DNA of 64,000 nt from a virus. Below, piece by piece: positions 1 to 7,940 of this stretch. The position numbers were made by a program, and so were the translations under genes. The notes beneath the pieces are model-generated. The model did not search any database. It saw only the letters and a list, made by a program, of their open reading frames with translations, and was not told the origin of the DNA. The DNA is taken from positions 1 to 64,000 of IMG/VR virus record IMGVR_UViG_3300033143_008750. One strand, written 5' to 3'. Every line of letters begins with the position of its first letter. Positions within the stretch are counted from its first letter, which is position 1.

Positions 1-291
1 ATGACAACATTTAATTTACCAGTAGAATACGATAACCTTTGCTCACAAGAGCGCAAGGCAGTTCGTGAACAATACATCAAAGAGCAAAACAACCTGTGTT
101 GGCATTGCGGCGAAGATTTGTTTAGTGATCCGCCAGAACGAATTACTGAAAAGAATATCAACTTGAAATTATTTCCAGTTGGATTTTTAAACAGTCCTAT
201 TCATTTACAGCACGATCACTTTTCAGGATTAACTGAAGGTGCAGTTCATGGTTATTGTAATGCAGTACTGTGGCAATATCTCGGGAGATGA
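1..291 (+). CDS. Small His-Me finger / endonuclease VII-like protein
   Basis: CxxC (CWHC) plus HLQHDHFSGLTEGAVHGYCN resembles the DHDHxTGxVRGxLCxxCN motif of EndoVII-type nucleases. Confidence 0.6.
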   Translation: MTTFNLPVEYDNLCSQERKAVREQYIKEQNNLCWHCGEDLFSDPPERITEKNINLKLFPVGFLNSPIHLQHDHFSGLTEGAVHGYCNAVLWQYLGR

Positions 292-383
292 GGGAGTTAA
301 GTGTTGGTAGCGTTGGAAGCGATACTTTTTAATGCCTGCATTCCCTTCATCTCTCGGTTATCACAAAAATAAAGGAGAACAAA

Positions 384-572
384 ATGTCTTTTAAATGTAA
401 TTATTGTAGTGAACCGCAACCGAATGGCATAAAGCCAAATAGAGTTGTTGTTGAAACTCGGAATGTCACATATCCGAGAACAGGAGATGGGCAACAACCA
501 TCGGGCACGGAAATTGTCAAAGAGGTTATTTTGTGTGCTGATTGTAATGTGGCGGAGTCAGTAGTGTCATAA
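384..572 (+). CDS. Small zinc-ribbon hypothetical protein
   Basis: AAGGAG RBS; CxxC pairs at both ends (CNYC, CADC). Confidence 0.65.
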   Translation: MSFKCNYCSEPQPNGIKPNRVVVETRNVTYPRTGDGQQPSGTEIVKEVILCADCNVAESVVS

Positions 573-607
573 TTACACCGTGTCTACCAATTTTAATAAA
601 TAAGTAT

Positions 608-718
608 ATGTATAATGAAATACCGAAAGGACAATTATGTGATTCAGGCTGCGGTGATACAGCACACTTCTTTAGTGAAGGAACAGGACGATATAGGTGC
701 TTAAAAAGTATTATTTAA
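608..718 (+). pseudogene. Short ORF resembling the Cys-rich N-terminus of phage homing endonucleases (probable remnant)
   Basis: Read by hand: MYNEIPKGQLCDSGCGDTAHFFSEGTGRYRCLKSII*; follows an ATAAATA late-promoter-like box; no nuclease domain follows. Confidence 0.35.
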
Positions 719-736
719 ACATAGAATTATAGATTA

Positions 737-821
737 GCCTATATGATGGAATTGGTAGACATGCTTGACTTAGAATCAAGTGCTGCGAGGCGTGGGGGTT
801 CGACTCCCTCTATAGGCACCA
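737..821 (+). tRNA. trnL: tRNA-Leu (anticodon TAG)
   Basis: Acceptor GCCTATA/TATAGGC, discriminator A, encoded CCA (819-821); D-loop GG; anticodon arm CTTGA-CT TAG AA-TCAAG; long variable arm; GGTTCGACTCC T-arm. Confidence 0.96.
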
Positions 822-828
822 TTTTAAA

Positions 829-990
829 ATGATTAATTTAATTAAACACACATATAAATTTGATGATGAGACACAAACAGTATCTTATATACTTCAAGAT
901 GCTGATAATCGTCACTCAGTTGGACATCTAGTTAAAGAACATATTAAATGTCCAAAAGAATACGAAGATGCAAAATACGCTGGCAGATAA
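829..990 (+). CDS. Small hypothetical protein, paralogue of 1202..1360
   Basis: Read by hand (53 aa); shares HTxxFDDxxQT...EHIxCPKEY with 1202..1360; its stop overlaps the next ATG. Confidence 0.7.
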   Translation: MINLIKHTYKFDDETQTVSYILQDADNRHSVGHLVKEHIKCPKEYEDAKYAGR

Positions 991-1199
991 TGACATATAT
1001 TCTTAAAGTAAACAGTCAAGACTTGTACTTAGGTCCAGCTAGGGTTGGACAGATAAGAGGTCCGTTGGCTAATGCATTTGCATTTAACTCATATGATGAT
1101 GCGAACTGGCTAAGAAATAAGTTCGGATTAAAAACTAGATATAGCATAGAGTCTATAACTGACAAAGACTTGTTTACTGCAAGGTTGAAAGGTAAATAA
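990..1199 (+). CDS. Small hypothetical protein with C-terminal FxxxLKG motif
   Basis: ATG at 990 coupled to the upstream TAA; ends DKDLFTARLKGK. Confidence 0.7.
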   Translation: MTYILKVNSQDLYLGPARVGQIRGPLANAFAFNSYDDANWLRNKFGLKTRYSIESITDKDLFTARLKGK

Positions 1200-1201
1200 T
1201 T

Positions 1202-1360
1202 ATGAGTTCATACGTACATACATTTTCATTTGATGATAAAAACCAGACAATATGGTGCGTATATCGACATGCATATCATGGCAAGGCGATTGCCCGACGA
1301 ATCAGCGAACATATTGAATGTCCAAAAGAATATTTTAAACGAAAGTTGAAAGGTATATGA
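1202..1360 (+). CDS. Small hypothetical protein with C-terminal FxxxLKG motif
   Basis: Read by hand (52 aa); ends PKEYFKRKLKGI. Confidence 0.7.
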   Translation: MSSYVHTFSFDDKNQTIWCVYRHAYHGKAIARRISEHIECPKEYFKRKLKGI

Positions 1361-1587
1361 ATAAAGCATATTTTATAATCAAGGACGAAGGACGAGAAAA
1401 CCAGATGTATCATTGCTGGGGCAATGGCATGGGAAATCAACCTTGGACATTTAACATTTCAAAAGCAAATCACTGGCCTACTGATGAGGGGCCAAAATTT
1501 ATAACAGCAAATCAAGATTATATATCAATAAGTGTCGTAGCGATAACGAAAACGGAGTATTTTAAACGAATATTACAAGGTAAATGA
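1357..1587 (+). CDS. Small hypothetical protein with C-terminal FxxxLxG motif
   Basis: ATGA overlap; ends KTEYFKRILQGK. Confidence 0.75.
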   Translation: MNKAYFIIKDEGRENQMYHCWGNGMGNQPWTFNISKANHWPTDEGPKFITANQDYISISVVAITKTEYFKRILQGK

Positions 1588-1763
1588 TTAATTTTTTTAA
1601 AAATAGAAGGAAGAAAAAGTTTTTGAATCGCTTGAAATATGGACAGGATGAAAAACCTGTGTATACTACAGCAGCAATGACTGATGCCTTAATGATTGGA
1701 GATGAAGAAAAGGCAGAAATAATATTACATGAAATTATTAAGCGTAGGTTAAAAGATATATGA
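1584..1763 (+). CDS. Small hypothetical protein
   Basis: Read by hand (59 aa, MINFFKNRRKKKFLNRLKYG...HEIIKRRLKDI); ATGA overlaps on both sides. Confidence 0.65.
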   Translation: MINFFKNRRKKKFLNRLKYGQDEKPVYTTAAMTDALMIGDEEKAEIILHEIIKRRLKDI

Positions 1764-2008
1764 TACAAGAATTTTTCACAATGAGTTCAAACATTACTAT
1801 TATTATAGATCAAAATGCATTATCAAATGCTGATTATAATATATTTTTTGGAACTGGCGGCCCTGATGATCCTCTCGTAGCATTCTATGACAAAGAACGA
1901 TTGATTTCATCAGAACAATATAGTTATCACGGCAGATGGCGGGGCTGGAAGCACGAAGTAATCGAAAATGAGAAAGAATACTTTAGACGTAAGTTGAAAG
2001 GCAAATAA
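1760..2008 (+). CDS. Small hypothetical protein with C-terminal FxxxLKG motif
   Basis: Ends EKEYFRRKLKGK. Confidence 0.75.
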   Translation: MIQEFFTMSSNITIIIDQNALSNADYNIFFGTGGPDDPLVAFYDKERLISSEQYSYHGRWRGWKHEVIENEKEYFRRKLKGK

Positions 2009-2010
2009 GA

Positions 2011-2187
2011 ATGACTGAAAAAAAGAAATATTGGTTATCTGACTCTAACGATAAACACTATATATTTGAAGCAGAAAATGATAGAGAGGCTTTACGTTAC
2101 TTTTACGAATCAGGTGATCGCGCATATAAGTACGGAAGAGCAGATAAAGCATATTTTATAAAGAGATTAAAAGGTGAAGAAATATGA
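2011..2187 (+). CDS. Small hypothetical protein with C-terminal FxxxLKG motif
   Basis: Read by hand (58 aa); ends DKAYFIKRLKGEEI; overlaps the next start. Confidence 0.7.
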   Translation: MTEKKKYWLSDSNDKHYIFEAENDREALRYFYESGDRAYKYGRADKAYFIKRLKGEEI

Positions 2188-2567
2188 AACATCCTATACA
2201 ACCACTAACAAAAGACAAGCACGGCACGGTTCGATTCAAACCAAATCTCATCGTTAATCACCTTTTGGATAACGGCGGAATAGATTTGAATGCTCTTGCT
2301 ATGATAGATTTCTCGCAGGAAGATCGTGAGCAGTTTGCACAACTTATTGGATATAGTTTGTGTGGCTTTGGCGAGCTTTCGTATGTATCAGACGCAGCAT
2401 ATGAGACCGCTGATAAGATGTACGAAAAAGGATTAACAGAATCAGATGCGCGTATTGAGCATCTTGAAGAAACACTAGAGGAAGCACGGGAAGGCGTGAA
2501 GCAAGCAGCTACATCGCTGTTTAGAATTCACCCTCACGACCTAGAAGAATCATGCTTGACAAAATAG
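2184..2567 (+). CDS. Conserved phage hypothetical protein
   Basis: 127 aa ORF in a coupled run; contains QFAQLIGYSLCGFGELSYV. Confidence 0.75.
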   Translation: MKHPIQPLTKDKHGTVRFKPNLIVNHLLDNGGIDLNALAMIDFSQEDREQFAQLIGYSLCGFGELSYVSDAAYETADKMYEKGLTESDARIEHLEETLEEAREGVKQAATSLFRIHPHDLEESCLTK

Positions 2568-2740
2568 TATTAAAATTAGAAACAGAAGAGGAGTATCGCA
2601 AAGCACTTGCTGATCTTCTAGAATGGATGAAGTATGAAGATGTTTCTGCGCCTCCTTATGTAGAGAACTTGATTCAAGCATTAGTAAATTACGAGGAAAA
2701 CACTTTCCTATGGAATGGAAAGAATGAAACACTTAGATGA
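2552..2740 (+). CDS. HigA-antitoxin N-terminal-like helical protein without an HTH domain
   Basis: LETEEEYRKALADLLEWM...LIQALVNYEENTF matches the I-x-T-E-E-x-Y-x-x-A-L...L-x-x-L-[IV]-x-x-Y-E pattern of HigA N-termini. Confidence 0.5.
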   Translation: MLDKIVLKLETEEEYRKALADLLEWMKYEDVSAPPYVENLIQALVNYEENTFLWNGKNETLR

Positions 2741-2915
2741 TGTAAACGAGACATATTGGCAGCACTTTAAATTCGCATTCCGCATAGGACTTATATTTCT
2801 TATCACAGGAGTGCTTGTTATAGCTCACGCCATCTATCCTAACGCTTTCAAGAGTGTAGGATCAAAAGTAGTTAGATATTTACATGATGAATTAGAGAAT
2901 AGAAATAATGAATGA
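2715..2915 (+). CDS. Small membrane protein (DUF6356-like)
   Basis: HLDDVNETYWQHFKFA...HAIYP with a hydrophobic segment. Confidence 0.6.
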   Translation: MERMKHLDDVNETYWQHFKFAFRIGLIFLITGVLVIAHAIYPNAFKSVGSKVVRYLHDELENRNNE

Positions 2916-3055
2916 AATTCAACAAATGGATCCGCATCTAGTAGTATTGATGCAGTGGCTCAAAGATAATGACGAATCAGATGCGTCAAAGCGTGAACAT
3001 GCTAACCGTACCGGTCAGTATATTCCTGATTTGCTTGAAGACAGTTCGGATAACT

Positions 3056-3358
3056 ATGACTGAGGCCGAGAAAGCAAAATTCTTACGTAAGCTCCGTATC
3101 GGTAAACCGAAAGGCGGACACCTAGAACTATGGGGATCGCATTATTTCCATAACGGTCGATATTCTGGTATCATCACTGATGATCCTAGCGGTCGTTTTG
3201 AAGATGGTGATATTATTACAACATCACGGTGTGTTAAAATGCACAATATCGACAACGAAAAAATCTTAGAAACCGAACAAAGTTATTATACGTTAGGTTG
3301 CGAAGGCACATATGCTGATCGGGAAGATCACAACGAATTAGGAGATGAATATGAATAA
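3056..3358 (+). CDS. Conserved phage hypothetical protein
   Basis: Likely start ATG 3056; GRFEDGDIITTSR...ETEQSYYTLG pattern common in phage proteins. Confidence 0.65.
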   Translation: MTEAEKAKFLRKLRIGKPKGGHLELWGSHYFHNGRYSGIITDDPSGRFEDGDIITTSRCVKMHNIDNEKILETEQSYYTLGCEGTYADREDHNELGDEYE

Positions 3359-3620
3359 TATCACAAACACAGCAAATGCATCATGTTTTTGCGTAGGAAA
3401 ATTGCCAGGATGTACTTGCGGCGGCAGATGTCGTTGTGCATGTACTTGTCTTATAGACAAGTCGTTTGGAGGATCAGGTTGGATGACTGTAACTGACAAT
3501 CCCGACTTGATTTCTGAAGGTGGTACGGAAGAGATACACAAAACAAAGAGTGGCAAGGGCGCAGTCGGCCAAGCAATCGCAAAGGACAAGTTACGTAAAC
3601 TTCCACCGAACTGTTCGTGA
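3345..3620 (+). CDS. Cys-rich small protein (putative metal-binding)
   Basis: CFCVGKLPGCTCGGRCRCACTC; AGGAG RBS. Confidence 0.6.
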   Translation: MNMNNITNTANASCFCVGKLPGCTCGGRCRCACTCLIDKSFGGSGWMTVTDNPDLISEGGTEEIHKTKSGKGAVGQAIAKDKLRKLPPNCS

Positions 3621-4030
3621 AACTTCTCGACTATCATACTGTTACTGACAAAGACATTTTTCTTCTGAATCTACACGGAGAAGATGTTGAATTTAGCATG
3701 GTAGAAAATGATGACATGCCTACGTTCTTTCAAACATGTATGAAGCTTAATTTGTTAGACTTTATGTGTCAAAAAGAATACAGAGGCACACTTGCTACAT
3801 TCAAGATTGTTCGACCATTTATGTTTCGCATGAATCTTGGATATCGAGAATTTACGATTAATTTACTATCAAATGATTTATTGAACATCACTGAAATACT
3901 AATGGCACATGACTACTATCGTGAACCTGATCCAAATGTTAGTGGTTTTCGTTACCTCCACGAATTATATTTTGATTTCTCTAACGAACAAAGAAACAAA
4001 TCGTACAAGAGTTTTAACTATGAAATGTGA
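3617..4030 (+). CDS. Hypothetical protein, tandem family member 1 (N-terminal FxxxLxG motif)
   Basis: GTG start overlaps the upstream TGA; DKDIFLLNLHGE...FFQTCMKLNLL. Confidence 0.7.
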   Translation: MKLLDYHTVTDKDIFLLNLHGEDVEFSMVENDDMPTFFQTCMKLNLLDFMCQKEYRGTLATFKIVRPFMFRMNLGYREFTINLLSNDLLNITEILMAHDYYREPDPNVSGFRYLHELYFDFSNEQRNKSYKSFNYEM

Positions 4031-4415
4031 TTTTCGTAATGGCGAGTTATCAAAGAAAGTCTTGTTTAAATCAAGACTCTCGGGCGAACCGATTCATTTT
4101 GGTTTTATCCCTATATGGGAACTAAGAAAGTTTGTTAGGTACTGCTTAGAGAATAAACTCATAGCGCCGCTCGATCCATCAAACTCAAAAAATCCTTGGT
4201 ACACAGCAGATGTAAATTTTGTGTATGTATCGACATATTCACGGACAACTGTTTGGCCTATTGCGCAAATAATGACATGGCTTGCTGATCTACTTCGTGT
4301 AGAATTTGCAACTGGAGGGCTGTATCAATTACGAACTGCTCAACAAACGATTGATTGCGGGCCGGCCCACAGTGCAAGTCATTACGTAATCAGAAACAAA
4401 ATGTATATTTCATAA
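4020..4415 (+). CDS. Hypothetical protein, tandem family member 2
   Basis: Likely start ATG 4020; KKVLFKSRLSGE...FVRYCLENKLI. Confidence 0.7.
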   Translation: MKCDFRNGELSKKVLFKSRLSGEPIHFGFIPIWELRKFVRYCLENKLIAPLDPSNSKNPWYTADVNFVYVSTYSRTTVWPIAQIMTWLADLLRVEFATGGLYQLRTAQQTIDCGPAHSASHYVIRNKMYIS

Positions 4416-4786
4416 TGAACAAAGAATACAATTTTAAAGAATTTACTTACAAGGATATGTTTGAAATCAAACTCAAAGATGCTATTCCTAACTTTGGATA
4501 TATGTCGTGTTCTAAGAGAAGTAAATTCTTTAAGTTTTGCGTAGATGCAGGATTCATGGAGTTTTCAGGAGCATCATCACAAAGAAAGAGATATGCATAT
4601 ACTGTATTAGTTTCATTTATATACTCTGCAATGGGAAATTATCGTCCTACTGATGTAGAGTGTTATCAAGGACAAATAATAGTTATAGATAGTGCGTTTA
4701 GAGCCCGAGAAAAATTGAATAGTTCTTACGGTTTAGATATACACGAATTCTCGCTGCAACTACCAATTGAGTATAGTGATGCGTAG
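4415..4786 (+). CDS. Hypothetical protein, tandem family member 3
   Basis: TAATG coupling at 4413-4417; YKDMFEIKLKDA...FFKFCVDAGFM. Confidence 0.7.
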   Translation: MNKEYNFKEFTYKDMFEIKLKDAIPNFGYMSCSKRSKFFKFCVDAGFMEFSGASSQRKRYAYTVLVSFIYSAMGNYRPTDVECYQGQIIVIDSAFRAREKLNSSYGLDIHEFSLQLPIEYSDA

Positions 4787-5087
4787 TTCTAAGAGTAAAG
4801 ACGAATTTTTTCGCAAGATGAAAAAGAAGCCAGCCCAACAAGAGGTCTTGGATAATCTTGCTGATTACAGCATTGAACAACTGGAAAACTTGCGAGGCAA
4901 CGTATTCCCGAAATGGGTTCGACAAGCCCTTGTAAAGTGCAAAGAACAGGAACTGGAATTCATAGCTCGCGGCTGCAAAACACCTGAACAAGTCGCTACA
5001 GAACTTGCTATACGAATGACGAAAGCAAGTCTTGACAATGCGGAATGAGGCTGCTATAATAGTGGTCTAAAGAATAGGTAAATAGTC

Positions 5088-5591
5088 GTGAACAAGGAAG
5101 AATTCAAAGACAGGCTCGCTGGAAAGTTCTATAATTTAGAGATTGTAGACGATACACACAGCAGAGATACAAGTGAACCCGATCCTAACGATAGTTGGGA
5201 TAGGGCTAGCACGTATACAACTCATAACATTGAGGGCTTTAGAGCCGCTCCTGAGTCTGACGGAAAGTATTATGATATTGTAATTCCGTATGCTCCGCTA
5301 TTCGAGGAGTTGTATTATTTGCTATATGTTGTGTATTCGACAGGTGATAGCTTCGGACACGATGAAGGAAATAGCATTGAATACATCGGATTCTACAAGC
5401 CAAGTCAGCTACATATTGCGCAAGAAAATGAGCGCAAGATTTATGACTTTATGAAAAATGAAAATAGTAATAAATATTCTGTTAAGCTTAAAAGTCCTGA
5501 AGGCAAGGTGTTCGATCAATCTGTGCCTTGGAAAGGATATTTTGAGAGCATGGATACTATGGAAATCATAGAAATTGATAGGATGAACTAA
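5088..5591 (+). CDS. Conserved phage hypothetical protein
   Basis: Downstream of a TTGACA/TATAAT promoter (5032-5060); N-terminal KEEFKDRLAGK; YSTGDSFG motif. Confidence 0.75.
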   Translation: MNKEEFKDRLAGKFYNLEIVDDTHSRDTSEPDPNDSWDRASTYTTHNIEGFRAAPESDGKYYDIVIPYAPLFEELYYLLYVVYSTGDSFGHDEGNSIEYIGFYKPSQLHIAQENERKIYDFMKNENSNKYSVKLKSPEGKVFDQSVPWKGYFESMDTMEIIEIDRMN

Positions 5592-5959
5592 TGAAAAAAG
5601 TTGACCGCAAACAAGTAATCGTCTTACGCAAAGATTTAGGTATGCGTAAAGGCAAGATGGTAGCGCAAGGTGCTCATGCATCTTTGGGTGCTATCTTGCG
5701 TGACGGTAAACTCAAAAAGAGCAAAGATATTGATGCTTGGCTTGAAGGCCGATTCACAAAGATTTGCGTAAGTGTAGATAGTGAGGAAGAATTGCTAGAA
5801 GTCTACGAAGATGCTCGTAGAGCGAAGCTGGCTTGTAGTCTTATCACAGATGCAGGTCTTACTGAGTTTCACGGCATACCTACCAAGACAGCAGTTGCAG
5901 TAGGTCCAGGTATTCCCGCCGAAGTTGATAAAATCACCGGCGATTTAAAATTATTGTAA
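5591..5959 (+). CDS. pth2: Peptidyl-tRNA hydrolase, Pth2 type
   Basis: KQVIVLRKDLGMRKGKMVAQGAHAS, DAGLTE, TAVAVGP and ITGDLKLL are diagnostic PTH2 motifs. Confidence 0.95.
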   Translation: MKKVDRKQVIVLRKDLGMRKGKMVAQGAHASLGAILRDGKLKKSKDIDAWLEGRFTKICVSVDSEEELLEVYEDARRAKLACSLITDAGLTEFHGIPTKTAVAVGPGIPAEVDKITGDLKLL

Positions 5960-5969
5960 GGAGTAAATA

Positions 5970-6596
5970 ATGACTGACAGTGCAGATAAAAGAAGTGTTT
6001 CAACTGATGCCCTAGAAACTCTAGGTACAATCATCGGCCCTAACGAGGCGCGTGATGCTATTCACTTGGCAGTTGATCCTGCCGTAGCAGTAGAAGTTTT
6101 GCAGCCAGGACAAGACGTTGGTTTTGTTGTAGGCGGAGTAGGCGTGTGTGATGATCCCGTAGGCATTGTTGACCCGTTCTTGAAAGCACCAGTACAAGTT
6201 GGTGAAATGTTTTGGTTAGTTGTTTACCCAAGAGAAATTACTTCTCTACGTCACGTTTGGTCGCACCCAAAATTTGATGAAGAGGAAGAATGTGTTGTTG
6301 CTGACCAAGAAGCCCGCTTTGAATTCAAAAAAGAACTCGACGGCACAAACGCAGCAGGTCGCTGGATCGAAAGCTATGCAGATAGCGTTGGTTTAGGATT
6401 TGACGAGTTAGTGAATGCTGCTGAGGAGTGGATCGAAACTAGCCATGATACGACATGGGGCGGAGAGTATCTAAACCGTGGTGAACTGCTAGATGGTGTA
6501 CAACTACCGAGTGAGTTTTGGATTCACTATCAGAAATTTACTGGTAAAGTAGTTGAGCCAGAATATCAACAGAACTTCTTTACGTGTAGTTGCTAA
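5970..6596 (+). CDS. Conserved phage hypothetical protein
   Basis: AAGGAG RBS; RDAIHLAV...GIVDPFL...SLRHVWSHP...FFTCSC. Confidence 0.8.
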   Translation: MTDSADKRSVSTDALETLGTIIGPNEARDAIHLAVDPAVAVEVLQPGQDVGFVVGGVGVCDDPVGIVDPFLKAPVQVGEMFWLVVYPREITSLRHVWSHPKFDEEEECVVADQEARFEFKKELDGTNAAGRWIESYADSVGLGFDELVNAAEEWIETSHDTTWGGEYLNRGELLDGVQLPSEFWIHYQKFTGKVVEPEYQQNFFTCSC

Positions 6597-6760
6597 TGAT
6601 TAACTTTGAGAGTCCGTGCGTGAGTTTATGCGAGCTTGATGAAACAGGCGAAAATTGTATTGCTTGCAAGCGGACTCAAGAAGAAATTTTTAGTTGGATG
6701 ACTTATACACAAGACGAACGCAATAGAATAATACAAGAGGTCAGAACAAGAAAGCTATGA
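6596..6760 (+). CDS. DUF1289/YdhL-like small Cys protein
   Basis: Read by hand: SPCVSLCELDETGENCIACKRTQEEIFSW; TAATG coupling. Confidence 0.8.
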   Translation: MINFESPCVSLCELDETGENCIACKRTQEEIFSWMTYTQDERNRIIQEVRTRKL

Positions 6761-7164
6761 AAGAGAACAGGCCAAGGAAAGGTAATAAAATGCCACCTAA
6801 AAACAAAGACCTGCCTGAGCAAATCCGTAAGAGATTTGATAAAGTAGATTTAACATATGCTTATTGTCCTACAGGCTGGATTGATCTTGTTACTGAGTTA
6901 GATGAAAAACTTGCGGTTCTAGTGCCGCATTACAAGATTCGGCAAATCAAAGAGAAATTTGCTGGACTACGATATTACGTAGATGTACCTTTGTATGGAG
7001 ATGGTTCATCACGAAATCAAGCACACAACCTAATATCTGAGTATGAGAATAAATCATATTCTATATGCGATGTGTGTGGTGAACTTGGAAAAGAAACAAA
7101 CTTAACTGGCTGGATGGCTACACGCTGCGAAGCCCACAATACAAAGGAAAAAGCAGAGAACTAA
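6757..7164 (+). CDS. Conserved phage hypothetical protein
   Basis: GW..L...QIKEKFAGLRYY...CDVCG motif. Confidence 0.8.
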   Translation: MKENRPRKGNKMPPKNKDLPEQIRKRFDKVDLTYAYCPTGWIDLVTELDEKLAVLVPHYKIRQIKEKFAGLRYYVDVPLYGDGSSRNQAHNLISEYENKSYSICDVCGELGKETNLTGWMATRCEAHNTKEKAEN

Positions 7165-7165
7165 A

Positions 7166-7378
7166 ATGACGTACCCGATGATAACAGAAGAAATGGAAAC
7201 ATTTGTAGGAAAGATTTTTGAGCAAGATTTTACACGCGATGATATAGAACAAGCATTCCCTGAATATAATGTATTCATATCAAATAAGAATGCGTTAGCA
7301 ATAGCAGGTTTACGAACAGATAGACTCCGTGTTTGGTTAGATGATGACAAAACTGTTGTCAAGGTAATAGCAGGATGA
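7166..7378 (+). CDS. Protease-inhibitor I78/I13-like small protein
   Basis: C-terminal LRTDRLRVWLDDDKTVVKVIAG resembles the R-x-D-R-L-x-V-x-x-D-x-x-x-x-V-x-x-V-x-x-G signature. Confidence 0.45.
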   Translation: MTYPMITEEMETFVGKIFEQDFTRDDIEQAFPEYNVFISNKNALAIAGLRTDRLRVWLDDDKTVVKVIAG

Positions 7379-7524
7379 CTAGTAAGATTTTAAAAGATAT
7401 GCACGAAACTGCCCTAGGCATGTACAAGTGCGGCACCATGGACAAGCAAGCATACATGAATTTCAAGCGTCTTTGTGAAGCTAAAGAAACAAGTGGAAAT
7501 AAAGTTCCAAGAAAAATGAAATAA
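7375..7524 (+). CDS. N-terminal fragment of an XRE-type (HigA-2/YiaG-like) antitoxin, lacking the HTH
   Basis: Read by hand: MTSKILKDMHETALGMYKCGTMDKQAYMNFKRLCE..., resembling the S-x-I-L-x-x-x-HETA-x-x-L-x-x-x-G-x-x-DK-x-x-x-x-x-F-x-x-LC start of these antitoxins. Confidence 0.55.
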   Translation: MTSKILKDMHETALGMYKCGTMDKQAYMNFKRLCEAKETSGNKVPRKMK

Positions 7525-7553
7525 GTGTTGACAGAATCACATAAGGTGTTATA

Positions 7554-7937
7554 ATGATATACTTCATACAAGCAAAGCAGTATGTTAAAATTGGTTATTC
7601 TAAGAATCCCCAATATCGTTTAAAGAAAATGCAAACTGCTAATCCTGTAAAATTAAAATTGCTAGCTACTATGTCTGGTGATTGTAAAACTGAAAAGGGC
7701 TTGCATGAAGCATTCGAGAAAGCACATTATCGTGGAGAATGGTTCCGCTATAATGGCCCTTTAAAAGCTTCTATCATGGCATTTAAAGATAGCAATAACA
7801 AAATATTAATAGAAGATGTACGATCATTCCAACAGGCAGGATTACATCTTAAAGCAAGACAAAGGCTAAACAGATTAACGGCAAGCGGAAAACTTGACCA
7901 TAAATTTGTAAAGCAAATGAAGAAAGATTATAAATAG
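7554..7937 (+). CDS. GIY-YIG-superfamily protein (T5orf172/MUG113-like)
   Basis: IYFIQ..YVKIGYSKNPQYRL..MQTANP...E..LH..F....RGEWF. Confidence 0.85.
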   Translation: MIYFIQAKQYVKIGYSKNPQYRLKKMQTANPVKLKLLATMSGDCKTEKGLHEAFEKAHYRGEWFRYNGPLKASIMAFKDSNNKILIEDVRSFQQAGLHLKARQRLNRLTASGKLDHKFVKQMKKDYK

Positions 7938-7940
7938 ATT

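Noticed and set aside
990-2187. The LKG tail is only a by-product of an AAAGG Shine-Dalgarno sequence for the next gene
   Set aside because: This may contribute at some junctions, but it cannot explain the conserved F/L spacing, the synonymous codon variation, or the ~10 N-terminal copies that have no downstream start nearby.
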